Shown: positions 1-12,291, counted from the stretch's first letter. The stretch is 64,000 nt of DNA from an uncultured Nitrososphaeraceae archaeon (GCA_963825865.1 CAWGVG010000060.1:64001-128000); one strand, 5' to 3'. Program-made: numbers and translations. Notes: a model not told the origin generated them from the letters alone.

Positions 1-459
1 GGTATAAAGTCCTTTGGCGGAATTATTTGATGGGCTAAGATCAATATAGCAGATTGCCTCACAGCCGGAATGCTCCTTTCCATAGTGGTTTCGTTATTTT
101 TCTTTGCTACTGGCAATGCATTATCGTTAAACTGTTTTGCTAATGTTATATTTCGATTTGACGTTGTCATCGAAGTTGCATTTTTTATGTTGTCGAAAGC
201 CGTACTTGTTGTAGGGTTATTACGAGTCTTATTGAGTATGGATGATATTATGGACTGGGGGTCAATAATAGATCTTCATCAAGGACTCAGCAGACTGACT
301 TGCTGTTTTTCCTGTAAGATTAGCATTGCTCGAGTTTTCTGCTAATGCTTTAAGAGGAAGTTGAATCCTGATCAGGAAAAATATTGAGATTACTAAAACT
401 ATGGTTAAAATGACTATTCCAGAAAATGACTTATCATTTGTTCTCTGCTGTCTCTTCAT
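1..459 (-). CDS. Membrane-anchored/secreted hypothetical protein; frameshifted near 270, runs off the left edge
   Basis: N-terminal hydrophobic helix (ORF 262..459). An alternative frame continues open to the window edge (...ILILAHQIIPPKDFI), resembling a Nitrososphaerota exported family. Confidence 0.55.
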
Positions 460-1028
460 TAATGGAGAAGACTTTGCTGTATTAATTAATTTTTATCGTG
501 CGTCTTTTTTATCATTTGGAGAATATTTATTGGCTATATTAAGACTTAAAGACGAAGGCTAAAACTAATTATAAGGCGCAAGACCATACTTGATTTTTCC
601 TTGACCGAAGTAAATGATCTAATTATCTTTTGTGTCCGCATACTTCCATTCTATCTTAAAACGACCATAATAATGCGAAGAATATAAAACACATCAAGGT
701 CTCATTAAGGTGATCGACACTAATAAAGCTCGCGACTTTTCTTGAGTAATTAAAAAATATATACAAACTATAGTGTCCAGCATGGGTGGACCCTATCTGA
801 CTACAGAGCAGCAGCTCATTCTTATCTATTATTCCATAGTATGAGTTATCTCATCTGAGTGACTTTTTTTATAGTGTTTTTCAGCCTCTCCTTTTGTAAG
901 AAATTCCTTTCCACAATCTGTGCATCTAAAAGTACCCGATTCATATTCAGACATAATCTTATCCTGATTTTGTGCAACATTATAAATATTAGTTATCGAG
1001 AAAATTATGTTAACAATAGACTATCAAT

Positions 1029-1466
1029 TTATGTTATTCTTTGTGTGTCGCTATCAGCAACAAAATTATGCTTTTCTTTTTCAACTAGAGGAATCACTTC
1101 TTTCATTATTATCTCATCAAAATTATTTACTTCCACATCTAGAGCTATAAGTATATAATAATTAGCATTTACTGGGATTGTAGCCCTATTCATTTTTTCG
1201 TATTTTCCAACTGCATAGATCAGCTTACCTATTTGTGGTTCAAATTTAATCCTTGTTTTCTGTCTAGTTATCGTAGATGATGCATATTCTTCATTCTCCT
1301 CTTCTGTCAGGATAGGTTTCAATCCTTCTCTGTATTCTGCATTCAGAAGCACACCGAATCTATTGGCAATACCTATCCATCTAATAGATTTATGAAGGTT
1401 TAATACCCCCTTGCTGAATGCGTAAAGGAATTCATAATCTATCATACGGTAACTACGGACAAGCAA
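1029..1466 (-). CDS. DUF6659-like (roadblock-type) Nitrososphaerota protein
   Basis: Family pattern: SIRWIGIANRFG...YREGLKPILT...IGKLIYAVGKYEKMNRATIP. Confidence 0.65.
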   Translation of the reverse strand: MLVRSYRMIDYEFLYAFSKGVLNLHKSIRWIGIANRFGVLLNAEYREGLKPILTEEENEEYASSTITRQKTRIKFEPQIGKLIYAVGKYEKMNRATIPVNANYYILIALDVEVNNFDEIIMKEVIPLVEKEKHNFVADSDTQRIT

Positions 1467-1817
1467 CCTTAAAAAGTATGTACCTCTAATATGAATTTAA
1501 ATTTTAATTGTGAGTTCCAGTACTGTCTCTTTCAAAATTGAATTACTCTTAATAGAAAGTATTAGCATTATTAATCTCATTTTTAGGCGTTTTATTGTCT
1601 ATACAAATTTGAGCATAAGCTGATTGTTCCTTTTTATGGTGCTTATGAGTTTTTGCCTGAAACTCAGCTTCGTTTACTCGGACTTTTTAATTTCTTTTTT
1701 TGTCAGATTCTGTTGTGAGTTAGCTATTTCATATATTTTCTTTCCTCTGTATTGACAAATGGTTTTCTTACAGAATCGTTTAATTTAGCAGATAGATTTT
1801 GCCTTGCAATAAGCAGC

Positions 1818-2396
1818 TTACGCTGCCTGTTCGATTAACTTTAAAAATCCCCTATAGATCTGTTCTTGTTCTATATACTCCCTGGTTCTAATTTCAGATA
1901 AAATATCTTCAAATGAATTTGTAAATTGAGTTGCCAAATCTCCCATTTTCGAGATCTTTTCTGCATCTGCTCGAGCTTGCTTTTCTGTTGAAGCATCCCG
2001 TACTTCCTTAATTTTGTTTTCTGTTTTTTTAATTAGCGCAAGTATTATTTCTTTAAGTAAGTTCATAGGCCGCAAGTTCTGCCTTTTTGATGATTTCTCG
2101 CTCATCAAAAAGTTGTTCTGCTGAAATCCGAATTTTTGTATCCTTTGACTTTTTTTTGCAAGCTCTCGCTCCTTTTTGATTATTGCGTAGATTTCACTTT
2201 TGCCTTTTTTTGCTTTTCCTTCCTTCATTGTTCCAGTCTTAAGTAATGAATTTTCAGCAGATGTGGATGATATATCCTTCATGAAAGTATTTCTCGCTTC
2301 CTCTTCAGTTATCGTAAATCGCAATAGACTACCATCGTATCCTTCAGCTAGATACTTGGAATATAATATTTTTCTGTTTACATCTCGTGACGACAA
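1818..2396 (-). CDS. Hypothetical Lys/Glu-rich coiled-coil protein; may extend towards ~1500 across errors
   Basis: 192-aa charged helical ORF. Confidence 0.5.
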   Translation of the reverse strand: MSSRDVNRKILYSKYLAEGYDGSLLRFTITEEEARNTFMKDISSTSAENSLLKTGTMKEGKAKKGKSEIYAIIKKERELAKKSQRIQKFGFQQNNFLMSEKSSKRQNLRPMNLLKEIILALIKKTENKIKEVRDASTEKQARADAEKISKMGDLATQFTNSFEDILSEIRTREYIEQEQIYRGFLKLIEQAA

Positions 2397-3151
2397 GTAT
2401 CTACACCATCAATTCCTCTTGCTTGTTTCTTTCTTACATCCTTCCATTCTATGATTGTATTATCTTTACTGTATTCCATTATTTAAGGAAGATACAGCAT
2501 CGAATTAATAGTTATATTGGACTAAAGAACTGCAAGCCGACGACGATAATGCTAAAAAACGTGTCCTTGAATTATCAATGCTTCTTTGTCTTGGAGAATT
2601 AAGCTTCCCTTGTTACCTGTGGTGGTTAACTCAATTAAGTATCCAGCAAAATATTGGACAAACCTATGTATAGCAACAACACGTCCTGAAATGTAACATT
2701 AGATAAATTACTATTGTTGTTAACGCCAGCAGTTACAGCTAAATCAGTAAATACCATATCCTAGTTTACCTTGTAAGTGCAATATATTTCGCAACCAAAA
2801 ATTATTGTTTCCACCGTACTTTTAAATTGGCTTCCTGGCCGCTGTTGATGCAACTATTGCTACAAATATTGCATCTCTCACTCCTCCGAACATTATATCT
2901 TGTATCCAGACTATAGGGATATTTTCTGCTGTGAACTTGCTTGTAGCAGAGAGTTATAGAATATGTAGATTCTGCTCTGAAAGCGAGTATGTAAGATGCT
3001 GCAATATCTTGCTTATTCCACAATTAAGGAAAGCACTGGCATTTGTAAAAAATGCAGTCATCTCCCAGACGAGATGAATAATATATTTTCAGTGTTTAAT
3101 ATGAAATTAAATAGTTACTCTTTATAACAAAGTAGTAAAATACTATTTAGT

Positions 3152-3556
3152 ATGAAACTAGAACAAAAAGAAGACGTAGTAAGCAAGAAAACGAGTATAC
3201 AGAGCACTACATGCGAAGTGTTGACCATATGGGAAGTCTTAGGTAAAAGGTGGGCTTTGCTAATTTTGAAGAATTTAAGTACAAAAGAAGCAATAAGGTT
3301 TAATGAACTGAAGAAAGTCTTGTCTGGAATAAGCAGTACTGTATTATCACAAAGGCTTTTGGAGCTAGAGGACGAAGGCCTCGTTTCTAAAAAAATTTAT
3401 ACAGAAATTCCACCTAAAGTAGAGTATAGTTTAACAACGCGGGCAAAAGAACTTGAAATTATTCTAAAGGATTTGGGCAAATGGGCGAACAGATGGAAAT
3501 CTTTCGAGCAAACAAAGACCATGGGAGCAGTAACGGCTAGCAAAAATATCAATTAA
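3152..3556 (+). CDS. HxlR-family winged-helix transcriptional regulator
   Basis: LGKRWALLIL...RFNELKK...ISSTVLSQRLLELE...EIPPKVEYSLT. Confidence 0.92.
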   Translation: MKLEQKEDVVSKKTSIQSTTCEVLTIWEVLGKRWALLILKNLSTKEAIRFNELKKVLSGISSTVLSQRLLELEDEGLVSKKIYTEIPPKVEYSLTTRAKELEIILKDLGKWANRWKSFEQTKTMGAVTASKNIN

Positions 3557-3654
3557 AAAGAAAACGACGAGATATGTAGCAAACAAATCAAGATATTTCA
3601 CATGCTAGATTGCGAAAAAATGTTATCTTTGCTAATTAAAAATGTATAACCAGG

Positions 3655-4988
3655 TCAGTTGTTTTTTGGAGGTCTTGCAAATGGATTTTTATGATTTGTA
3701 TGATATTCTATTGCTAATCGAGCATCCTTTTGCCTTCCTGTTAATATGCCCACCACGATATCGTCTTTCCTTATAATCTCTTCCTTCCGAAGATTTCGAA
3801 CAGCTGCAGGAACTGCACCAGATGCCATCTCACAATCGAATCCATTCAAACCGACTACAGACATACCGTCACTCATGTCTCTATCATTAACTTGGACAGC
3901 TATGCCATTGGTGAAATCAATCGCTCGTAAAGCCTTTACAATGTTGGCCGGTTTTCCAATCTGAATAGCAGTCGCATTGGTCTTTGGACGAATGCCCTTC
4001 TTATCTTTGAATGCATAGTAGCGTTCGATCATTTCCAAATCGGGTCTACCGTTATTCCATTTAAGATTTTTATTCTCGAATAGGCCGTTCACAAGTTCGT
4101 AGAATGTGTTAGCACCTTCAGAATTAACCACCACGATTCTTGGGATTTTTTTAATCCAGCCCCATTCGTGCAATTCAATAAGACACTTCCCACAACTTGA
4201 AGTATTGCCTAATGCGCCCCCAGGATATACTATCCAATCTGGTGGACTCCAATTCAAATGTTCCATTACTCTGTAGATAATTGTCTTTTGTCCTTCAAGA
4301 CGAAAGGGATTTACAGAATTGACTGTATATCCTGATGTATCCCTCGCCTTCTTCAATGACGTAGAAAGTGCATCATCAAAATTGCCGTCGACTTCTATCA
4401 CTTGCGCACCGAACTGAAATGCTTGTCCTAATTTTCCAGGAGCAATTTCGCCTTTCGGAATGTAAACGTCGCAGTCCATGTCTTCGTTAGCTGCATACAT
4501 TGACGCTGAGGCAGATGTATTGCCTGTAGAGGCGCAGATCAATCTTCTTACCTTCAGCATTTTTGCATGAGTGACTGCTGTTGACATTCCGTTATCCTTA
4601 AAGGAGCCGCTAGGATTGTAACCTTCAGGTTGCAATAAGAATGAATTATGACTCATACCCGCGTAATCTGCTGACTTTGCTCATTTTATAAGGCCTAGAA
4701 AGCCTGCCTTCAGCACCGTCTAAAGATACAAGTACTGCCTGCACAGTCATTAAAGTTTTCAGTGTCAATGTCCAAAAAATTTATCAAATCACGAAAGCGC
4801 CATACTCCACTTTCATTGTAAATATTTCCTCCATGATTTCTTCTTTGGTAAAACACATCGATGAGACTCTTGGAAGGGGCCTTATCATATTTTACATCGA
4901 GAAGAGAAGCACAAGAGCATCTATAAATGTCATTATTTATTTCATAAGATAAACCACAAGAAGGGTTGATACATTTTTTAGCAAGCAT
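3655..4988 (-). CDS. thrC: Threonine synthase, split by errors near 4680-4740
   Basis: NPSGSFKD PLP-lysine motif, ASTGNTSAS, NSVNPFRLEGQKT; N-terminal Zn ribbon in ORF 4710..4988. Confidence 0.9.
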
Positions 4989-5179
4989 GATATGCCATAA
5001 TAAGAAATCGGTTAATTGTTATTTAGACTTTTTCGAATTATGTACATTTGAGATCTCTAAGAATAGAACAGAACAAAAATGTACGAATTTCTTAAGTCAC
5101 ACGCATTTCGCAAATTATTACCTTAGATATATATAACCTAGATAATTGGTATAGTTCAAAAGCAGTTTTTGTGTAAAAT

Positions 5180-5431
5180 CTATTTTTCATACATTTTAAG
5201 TAAATGTTGAATTACTCCATCCATATCGTTTTCCTTTACTTCAGGCGATATAGCATGACTCAAAAGATTAGTAACTGTCCTAGAAATCTCTGAACTAACT
5301 TCATCAAAACTATCCATGTCGCTATAGCTCTGCTGATAAAGTCTCCTTAATCTCATGGCATACATTTGCGTTTGCTCATTTATCGCTATGTTGTAAGTAT
5401 TATTATTCACTTTTATCTTATCTTTTATCAT
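5180..5431 (-). CDS. Conserved hypothetical protein
   Basis: 83-aa ORF with ATG start and an upstream AT-rich promoter-like stretch. Confidence 0.6.
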   Translation of the reverse strand: MIKDKIKVNNNTYNIAINEQTQMYAMRLRRLYQQSYSDMDSFDEVSSEISRTVTNLLSHAISPEVKENDMDGVIQHLLKMYEK

Positions 5432-5776
5432 TTAAGTCTTTACCAACAGTTAGTGTATAAAAAACTTGCCTAAAAGGATAGGGCTTGTGATTCCAGACCA
5501 TATCTCTAGAAAATGTCATTCAGTAATTTTGTCAACTATGGATCCACAAAGTCGAAATGCTATATAGCTAAAATGGACAATTAATCTCTTCCTAGAGAGA
5601 AAGATTTAACAAATTTACGCAATTATAGAGCAACAAGTGAGTGAACGATACCGTCAACTTTGCAAAGATATATCAAGATTTTATATTTCGGATATAACTT
5701 CTATATTTCAGATATTTGTTAACTTATCCTACTTCTAATGGATATATATGTTACTTGTATTCTAAATACCATATAA

Positions 5777-6730
5777 TTGCTAAATGTACTCTGCAAGAGG
5801 ATAAAGTCGCTGTTAAAGCAAAGTGTCAACAGGAATCATGCTGACGCATTACTGCTTTCCGGAGGATTAGATAGCAGTATCCTAGCAAGTATCTTGAAGC
5901 CAAAATGCTCATTAACGGTTTCTCTAGGTATTGATACACCTGATCTTGAATTTGCTAGATTAATAGCAACAAGGTATAGTGAGAATCATATCGAAATTAT
6001 ACTTACTGATGAAAAATTACTAGAAGTAATAGAACAAGTAGTTAGAACCTTAAAAACCTTTGATCCTATGGAAATCAGAAATTCCAGTGTCGTTTTCGTT
6101 GGGATGAAAATAGCTAAAGAAAATGGATACGCAAATGTTATGACAGGTGATGGCGGAGATGAATTATTTGCTGGTTATAATTATCTCAGGCGCTATTTTT
6201 CAAATGTCGTAAATCTTGATGCTGAGCTGCAGAGGCTTTGGGATAGAATGAACTTTTCCTCATTACAAATTGGGAAAACAAATGGAATCAACGTTAAAAC
6301 ACCGTTTCTAGACGAAAAGTTTTCTACTTATGCTAAATCTATTAATATATCAAATAAAATAGGTGAGTATAACGGACATCAGTGGGGAAAATTTATTTTG
6401 AGAAAATGCTTTGAGTCTGATCTAGGCAAAGAAATAGTATGGAGACCAAAATTTGCACAAGAGCAAGGAGCCGGAACCTCAAAGATAAAAAACTATTTTT
6501 CAAATAACTTTGATGACGCTTATCGGTTAGCAACAAAACACGCTCTTTCTGCTGGTGTTAAAATCAGAGATAAAGAACATCTTTATTATTATACATTGTT
6601 TAGAAAATACTTTTTATCTCCAAAGGATGAAAAATGCTCTTATTTGAGATGTCCGGAATGTAACGGATGTTTTAATTCCATCGGTAAATTTTGTCGAATT
6701 TGTGGCGCTTTTCCAATAATCCCCATATGA
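5777..6730 (+). CDS. Asparagine synthase C-terminal-domain protein with a C-terminal Zn finger
   Basis: LLLSGGLDSS PP-loop, TGDGGDELFAGY, KTPFLD, CPEC...CRICG; no glutaminase domain. Confidence 0.85.
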   Translation: MLNVLCKRIKSLLKQSVNRNHADALLLSGGLDSSILASILKPKCSLTVSLGIDTPDLEFARLIATRYSENHIEIILTDEKLLEVIEQVVRTLKTFDPMEIRNSSVVFVGMKIAKENGYANVMTGDGGDELFAGYNYLRRYFSNVVNLDAELQRLWDRMNFSSLQIGKTNGINVKTPFLDEKFSTYAKSINISNKIGEYNGHQWGKFILRKCFESDLGKEIVWRPKFAQEQGAGTSKIKNYFSNNFDDAYRLATKHALSAGVKIRDKEHLYYYTLFRKYFLSPKDEKCSYLRCPECNGCFNSIGKFCRICGAFPIIPI

Positions 6731-6894
6731 AAGAGAGGCTCAACATAGAGAAAATATTTAGGATATAAATAGAATATTAGTATGGTACCATATTTTGTAA
6801 CTATAGATATCTGTCACGTGCAGTGACAGCTATTCATAATACACTCATCCTTTTAGCCTATAGATAGAATCAGTAATTAGGTGCTATACTAATA

Positions 6895-7542
6895 ATGTCA
6901 TTTGGTAATAAGTGGATAAAATCACAAAATGAAAATATGGGCAATAAACTTCTTGAAGGAATAAAACCACAGGCTCCTTTGAAGCCAAGGATTGAAGAAG
7001 CCCAACATAAATTACAATTGCAGATTTCAAAACTCGACTCTATAACATCGAAGATGGAGGAAAAGGATCAAGCAATTTTCAAACGCGTAGTCCATGCACT
7101 ACAGAATCACGAAACACAATATGCTAAAATATTATCTAATGAACTGTCACAAGTTCGAAAAATGAATAAAATGGTTTCCTCGGCTAGATTGGCTTTAGAA
7201 CAGATAGAATTAAGATTGAACACAATTACAGAACTCGGTGATGTTGTAGTGACCTTGAGTCCAGCAATGTCTGTAATAAAGGGAATACAGGGTGGACTTT
7301 CTTCGATGATGCCAGAAGCAGATCAATCTTTTGGACAGATATCGGATTTACTTGGAAGTATTATGACAGATTCTGGACAGATCCCAAGCACAGAGATAAA
7401 CGGACCTAGCGGCATAAACGAGGATTCAATGAAAATCATAGAAGAAGCAAGCGCAATTGTGGAACAGAATATGAAGGACAAGTTTCCCGATCTTCCGTCA
7501 AGTAGTTTAGAATCAAGAAGAACTGAGGCTTCCATTTACTAA
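6895..7542 (+). CDS. cdvB: ESCRT-III/Snf7-family cell division protein, CdvB paralog
   Basis: Coiled coil, ELSQVRKM...LEQIELRLNTITELGDVVVTLSPAM, C-terminal KFPDLP motif. Confidence 0.88.
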   Translation: MSFGNKWIKSQNENMGNKLLEGIKPQAPLKPRIEEAQHKLQLQISKLDSITSKMEEKDQAIFKRVVHALQNHETQYAKILSNELSQVRKMNKMVSSARLALEQIELRLNTITELGDVVVTLSPAMSVIKGIQGGLSSMMPEADQSFGQISDLLGSIMTDSGQIPSTEINGPSGINEDSMKIIEEASAIVEQNMKDKFPDLPSSSLESRRTEASIY

Positions 7543-7562
7543 AGAACAAAGACCTCGCTCCT

Positions 7563-7886
7563 TTAATTATTTTTTAAAATTTTCTGAATTTGTTTTTTTA
7601 TTCTTGATATTGTGGGGTAGCTATACCCTTTGTCTCTATAGGTATGGATCATGCTCTTCCAGTTATTCAATCGCCATTTTGCCTGATTGTGGCTTAGCAT
7701 AGCCGTCTCTCTTTTCACTATGCTTTTTCTACCAGGCATTAGGTATCCTCCTTCTATAGCTGAATAACGCTTGTACGCAAATCTCAAACCAAAAACAATC
7801 ATTTCTGTTGTAAGGGAATTTAGATAAATTTGTATTTCTTTATATTGTTGATCTGTTAATTTAAGTTCAAATGGAAAACGTTTCAT
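7563..7886 (-). CDS. Conserved hypothetical basic protein
   Basis: 107-aa ORF with GYSYPTISRIKK HTH-like C-terminus. Confidence 0.65.
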   Translation of the reverse strand: MKRFPFELKLTDQQYKEIQIYLNSLTTEMIVFGLRFAYKRYSAIEGGYLMPGRKSIVKRETAMLSHNQAKWRLNNWKSMIHTYRDKGYSYPTISRIKKQIQKILKNN

Positions 7887-7924
7887 ATTCTAATACACCA
7901 TTGAATTTAACATTTAAAGTTAAC

Positions 7925-7946
7925 TTTCTAAATTCGAATTTTGAAA
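7925..7946. repeat. 22-bp dispersed palindrome, copy 1
   Basis: TTTCTAAATTCGAATTTTGAAA. Confidence 0.65.
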
Positions 7947-8029
7947 GACGATAATGCATGATAGCTACGTTGATCTGGTTGTCTATTTTTAAATTCATCG
8001 TTGATTCATGTAAGATATTGTTAAAACAT

Positions 8030-9215
8030 TCAAACAATACCACATTTCTTACCAGCCATTTCAAAAGACGATATTGCACACGCTAATTGATCGTTTGTTA
8101 AAAGGGACGTAATAGTTACTCTAAGTCGTGCAGAACCTTTCTTCACCGTGGGATATCTCACTGCTTGTGCCAAAACTCCATTTTCTAAGAGCTCATTAGA
8201 AAATTCTAAAGCTAAGTTTTCATTTCCTACTATTACTGGAATTATTTGTCCTTCTGACTGGCCTATCAAAAAGCCTAAATCGGCTAATTTTTTCTTAAGT
8301 AACAAGTACGTTGTTAAATAATCTCTTTTGCAAATGACCCTTCATGGAGATAGAAATGGCTAACAAAGCTGAAGCACATAGATGGTCTGGCAGGGCTGAA
8401 GTATATATGAACTGACGTGATTTATTTATCAAAAATTCTCTGACTGTGTGAGTCGTAGCAACATAACCTCCAAAGCAACCAAGGGCTTTGCTAAGGCTGC
8501 TAATATGGACGTCTATTAGCTTAGTTACTCTCTGATGCGAAGGCACACCAGAGAATAAATTTGAAGCTCCAAAAATAAAATCTCCATGAGCATCATCTAC
8601 TATTGTCATTGCATCATACTTTTTTGCAATATCACAGATTTCTCTCAATCTTGACATATCTCCGTCCATGCTGAACAAGCCTTCTGTGATTATAATAATT
8701 TTTTTCCCTGATCTCATATTGGTTTTTCTCATTATTAGTTTCTCCAAATCGTTGATATCATTGTGTTTGAAGATGTAAGTAACAGCTCTACTCAGTCTAC
8801 ATCCATCGATTATACTAGCATGATTTAATTCATCGCTAAATACTATGGAATCTTTATCAGCTAGGACGGAAATAACTCCGATATTTGCCATATATCCAAC
8901 AGGATAAACTAACGAAGATTCAGTCCTTCGATGATTTGCTAATCGTTGTTCTAATTGCTCAAGCACGACTGAATTACCGCACATTAACCTAGAACTGCAT
9001 TGAGATACTCGGGTGAGTTTTTTTTTCATCTCTCTTAACACACATTTGTTCTCTGATAAACCCAGATAATCATTTGAACATAGGTTGATAACTTGCTTTC
9101 CATTGACAATTGCCTGGCCTGACCGTTGTAGAGAAACTCTTTTGAGTATACGGTAAAGATTCTCTTCTCTTAATTTGGTTAATTCTTGTTTTGCAAAGTT
9201 ATATTTTAAGACCAA
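8030..9215 (-). CDS. bioF: 8-amino-7-oxononanoate synthase; frameshift near 8300
   Basis: NLCSNDYLGL, DELNHASIIDG, EGLFSMDGD, DDAHG, SLSKALG; C-terminus RYPTV..GSARLR in ORF 8030..8305. Confidence 0.92.
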
Positions 9216-9496
9216 TAATATCGTCAATATTATATATTTATATTCTTTATTTGAACTCATTCTTTTTTGAAATATAGTAATAGTAGCAATACTATTAGAG
9301 CCATAATGAGGATTTAGTTCTTTTTTATGCGTCTTTATTGCGAGCGATAATGTTTATGATTTTAATTTTTTATATATGTTATAGCCAAAATACTAATACT
9401 ATAGGCTAGCGCTTTTTACCTTCATTTTAAAAGGAGGGCTTTTGTTCCGTAAAGAAAGTGAAATTGAATGCAGTAAGTCTTTCTTTTTTGATACTA

Positions 9497-10513
9497 TTAC
9501 GTAGGTCGGAGTCCAATGTCTTTTATCATGGCAATATCTTGATCTGACTTATTTCCACTTGTAGTTAGATATCCGCCTGTAATTATTCCGTTTGCTCCGG
9601 CTTTTAATGCAAGTCTTTCTTTATCCTTTAAAATAACTTCTCTTCCTCCTGCAATCTTTAAAATTGTCTTTGGCATAATAAACCTCCAAACTGCAATTGT
9701 TTTTATTACATCTATTGGATCTAGCGGGTATATACTTGCAAAAGGCGTTCCTTTTCTTGCTATTAGAATATTTATCGGAACTTCCTCTGGATTGAGAGTT
9801 TTAATAGAAAATGCAAGTTCTAATCTTTGTTTGATGCTCTCTCCCATTCCAATAATGCCGCCGCAACACAATTCTAGTCCTTCTTCTTTGACAATCCTAG
9901 CAGTATTTACTCTATCTGCAAACCCGTGAGTTTTACATATTTGAGAAAAGTAGCTTGAGGATGTTTCCAAGTTATGATTATACCTTTTTACTCCAACGGA
10001 CTTTAGTCTCCTAGCTTTCTCTCTAGTCATAAAACCCAATGATACATTAACGTCTATATTCACATCTTTCTTTATTGCCTCAATTGTATCACAAATTTGC
10101 TCGAAGTCTTTGTCCGGTGGAGATCTATATGCACATACAAGACAGAAACTACTAGCACCCTGGTCTTTTGCTTTTTTAGCTTGTTCCAAAATTGCTTCTT
10201 TTGCTAACAGTGGATATTTGTTTATATTGTTGCTATCGTTATCATAGAATGATGATTGGGCGCAAAAAGAGCAATCTTCAGGACATCTGCCTGATTTGGC
10301 ATTGATTAAAGTTTCAATATCTACCCCATCTCCGTTAAAGCTTCGAGTAATTGTGTTTGCACAATCAGCCAAAGTAATTATAATAATATCGTCATCTGTT
10401 GTTGAAGATAGCGCTAGCAATTTTTCTGCTTCTTTGAAGCTAATATCACCACCATCGAGAACTTTGTTCATCATTTCATTGATGAAAACGGTAGCTTGAT
10501 CACATATGGACAA
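9497..10513 (-). CDS. bioB: Biotin synthase (radical SAM)
   Basis: CPEDCSFCAQS, YNHNLET, AGANGIITGGYLTT. Confidence 0.96.
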   Translation of the reverse strand: MSICDQATVFINEMMNKVLDGGDISFKEAEKLLALSSTTDDDIIIITLADCANTITRSFNGDGVDIETLINAKSGRCPEDCSFCAQSSFYDNDSNNINKYPLLAKEAILEQAKKAKDQGASSFCLVCAYRSPPDKDFEQICDTIEAIKKDVNIDVNVSLGFMTREKARRLKSVGVKRYNHNLETSSSYFSQICKTHGFADRVNTARIVKEEGLELCCGGIIGMGESIKQRLELAFSIKTLNPEEVPINILIARKGTPFASIYPLDPIDVIKTIAVWRFIMPKTILKIAGGREVILKDKERLALKAGANGIITGGYLTTSGNKSDQDIAMIKDIGLRPT

Positions 10514-10817
10514 TTTACTTCAAAATACTGCTACTATATAATTAATTTTTCTTCGAAGAAACTTAGATCAATTTTGGAATTGCTTATTTGCTTCATAGGC
10601 AATACTGATTTAGTATTCAAAATATGTTTTTTATACAAATAAGCAACAATTTTAATAAATCAATTGTGTTATGGATATATGTATGCTATTTTTTGCTTAT
10701 TACCACGTTGCAGAAATATAATAACCAAGTTGATCCTTCTCAGAACAGTATTTATCTAGCAATCTCTGTAGTTTTGACCCAAGTTCCATAAATACTATTA
10801 TGACATATCGAATAACC

Positions 10818-11060
10818 TTATCGCTCCACTCCTCCAAAGCAAATACGTAACATGTGCATGTATAGATTTAGTCTCTCTGCTCTTTTTGAAAGATTACAAC
10901 GTCCAGAGTATTCGGTCCTATAATGGAACATCATTGAATCTACAATCAATAATTTTATTTTTGAATTAGATTTGTTGACAGTAGAACAAGCTTCTTCAAT
11001 ACATAATTCTTTGTTCTGTTGAAAAATATAATCAGGAGAATACATTTTTTCGCAGTACAT
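10818..11060 (-). pseudogene. RadA/Rad51-like internal fragment
   Basis: IKLLIVDSMMFHYRTEYSGR..LSKRAERLN matches the Walker B region; no Walker A or N-terminus nearby. Confidence 0.65.
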
Positions 11061-11180
11061 GTATCTATATATAACTCCTCAAAAGACTACTACAAATTTG
11101 TCTATTAAGGTCTATGATATTTCTCCTTTCATTACCTAAGACGAATTTCGTTCATACTGCAAGACTACAACAACAAGATG

Positions 11181-11202
11181 TTTCTAAATTCGAGTTTAGA
11201 AA
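11181..11202. repeat. 22-bp dispersed palindrome, copy 2
   Basis: TTTCTAAATTCGAGTTTAGAAA. Confidence 0.7.
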
Positions 11203-11810
11203 GATTATAAAAAAGACCAAATTCATATGCTACTGCTAACAGCTAACAATATGACCGCCTTTTGAAGGAAAAGTTCCAGATAACATTACATCAATATCTA
11301 TATGAAATGACCTCCTGACTTGTTTTATTAGAAAAGCAACTAATTTACAAAATTTCTCGCGTCAAACATAAATGAACGTCTGATAAATAGATCTATGATT
11401 ATAAACAAGTTGGTTACTTCTAACTGGAAATGCAGAGTAAAGACGAACTGTCGATTGGTTCTTCTACTGCAACGCATATCACGGTTGATTTTATCCAAAC
11501 TTAATCGACAATATGTCTTAATCTATAATTGTGTTATAATCAGAAACGCAAAAACTCTGAAGACAATAAACCTCCTTCGACTTAGATTTCTAAATTCATC
11601 CTATATTTATTTACATCAGTCTTGACATCCATTGTTAAAGTATTTTATCTTGCATATCTTTCTACTGCGGCTAATTTGCTATAATTTCTAAAACTATGCT
11701 AACAAGCCCTTTTTGCCTATTAACCAACATCCCACCATTTGTCGGTCTAATTGATGAAGTGCTTACAAAAACCTGTTTTTTAAATGAAACAAGTTCAAGA
11801 TATCCAAATA

Positions 11811-11832
11811 ATTCAAAACTCGAGTTCAGAAA
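11811..11832. repeat. 22-bp dispersed palindrome, copy 3
   Basis: ATTCAAAACTCGAGTTCAGAAA. Confidence 0.65.
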
Positions 11833-12038
11833 GAATGAGCACATAATAAGGCCACAATCAACTATTAACAATCATCAAAAAATGCAACGGATACGACGGG
11901 CCTTATGTCTCATACTTCAAAATCGATATAGATATAAAATGAAAACTCAATTTTGCTAATAGATCTATTGCTAACTTTTGTTAATGCTCAAATAAAACAA
12001 TCTCCAAATCAACAAGTACAAAATCATTAAGTCGACTA

Positions 12039-12251
12039 ATGGTTTCCTATTCCAAAGTGCATACAAAGTCCAAAGATGAAGGGGGAATATGGGTTGAAGA
12101 GATATGTCAGATACAAAACACATCACCAGAGGATGTTCACAAAGGAGTCTATGACATTTTCCTACTCCCCCATACAAGTGTTAATGATGATTTCACTGGT
12201 CCAAAACTTCAAAACAGAGTGAATAGATATATATTATTTTGTTTAATGTGA
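12039..12251 (+). CDS. Short hypothetical ORF or gene remnant
   Basis: 70-aa ATG ORF with protein-like composition; no recognised motif. Confidence 0.25.
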   Translation: MVSYSKVHTKSKDEGGIWVEEICQIQNTSPEDVHKGVYDIFLLPHTSVNDDFTGPKLQNRVNRYILFCLM

Positions 12252-12269
12252 TTATGCTTAAAATTGAAG

Positions 12270-12291
12270 TTGCTAAACTCGAGTTTTGAAA
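12270..12291. repeat. 22-bp dispersed palindrome, copy 4
   Basis: TTGCTAAACTCGAGTTTTGAAA. Confidence 0.65.
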
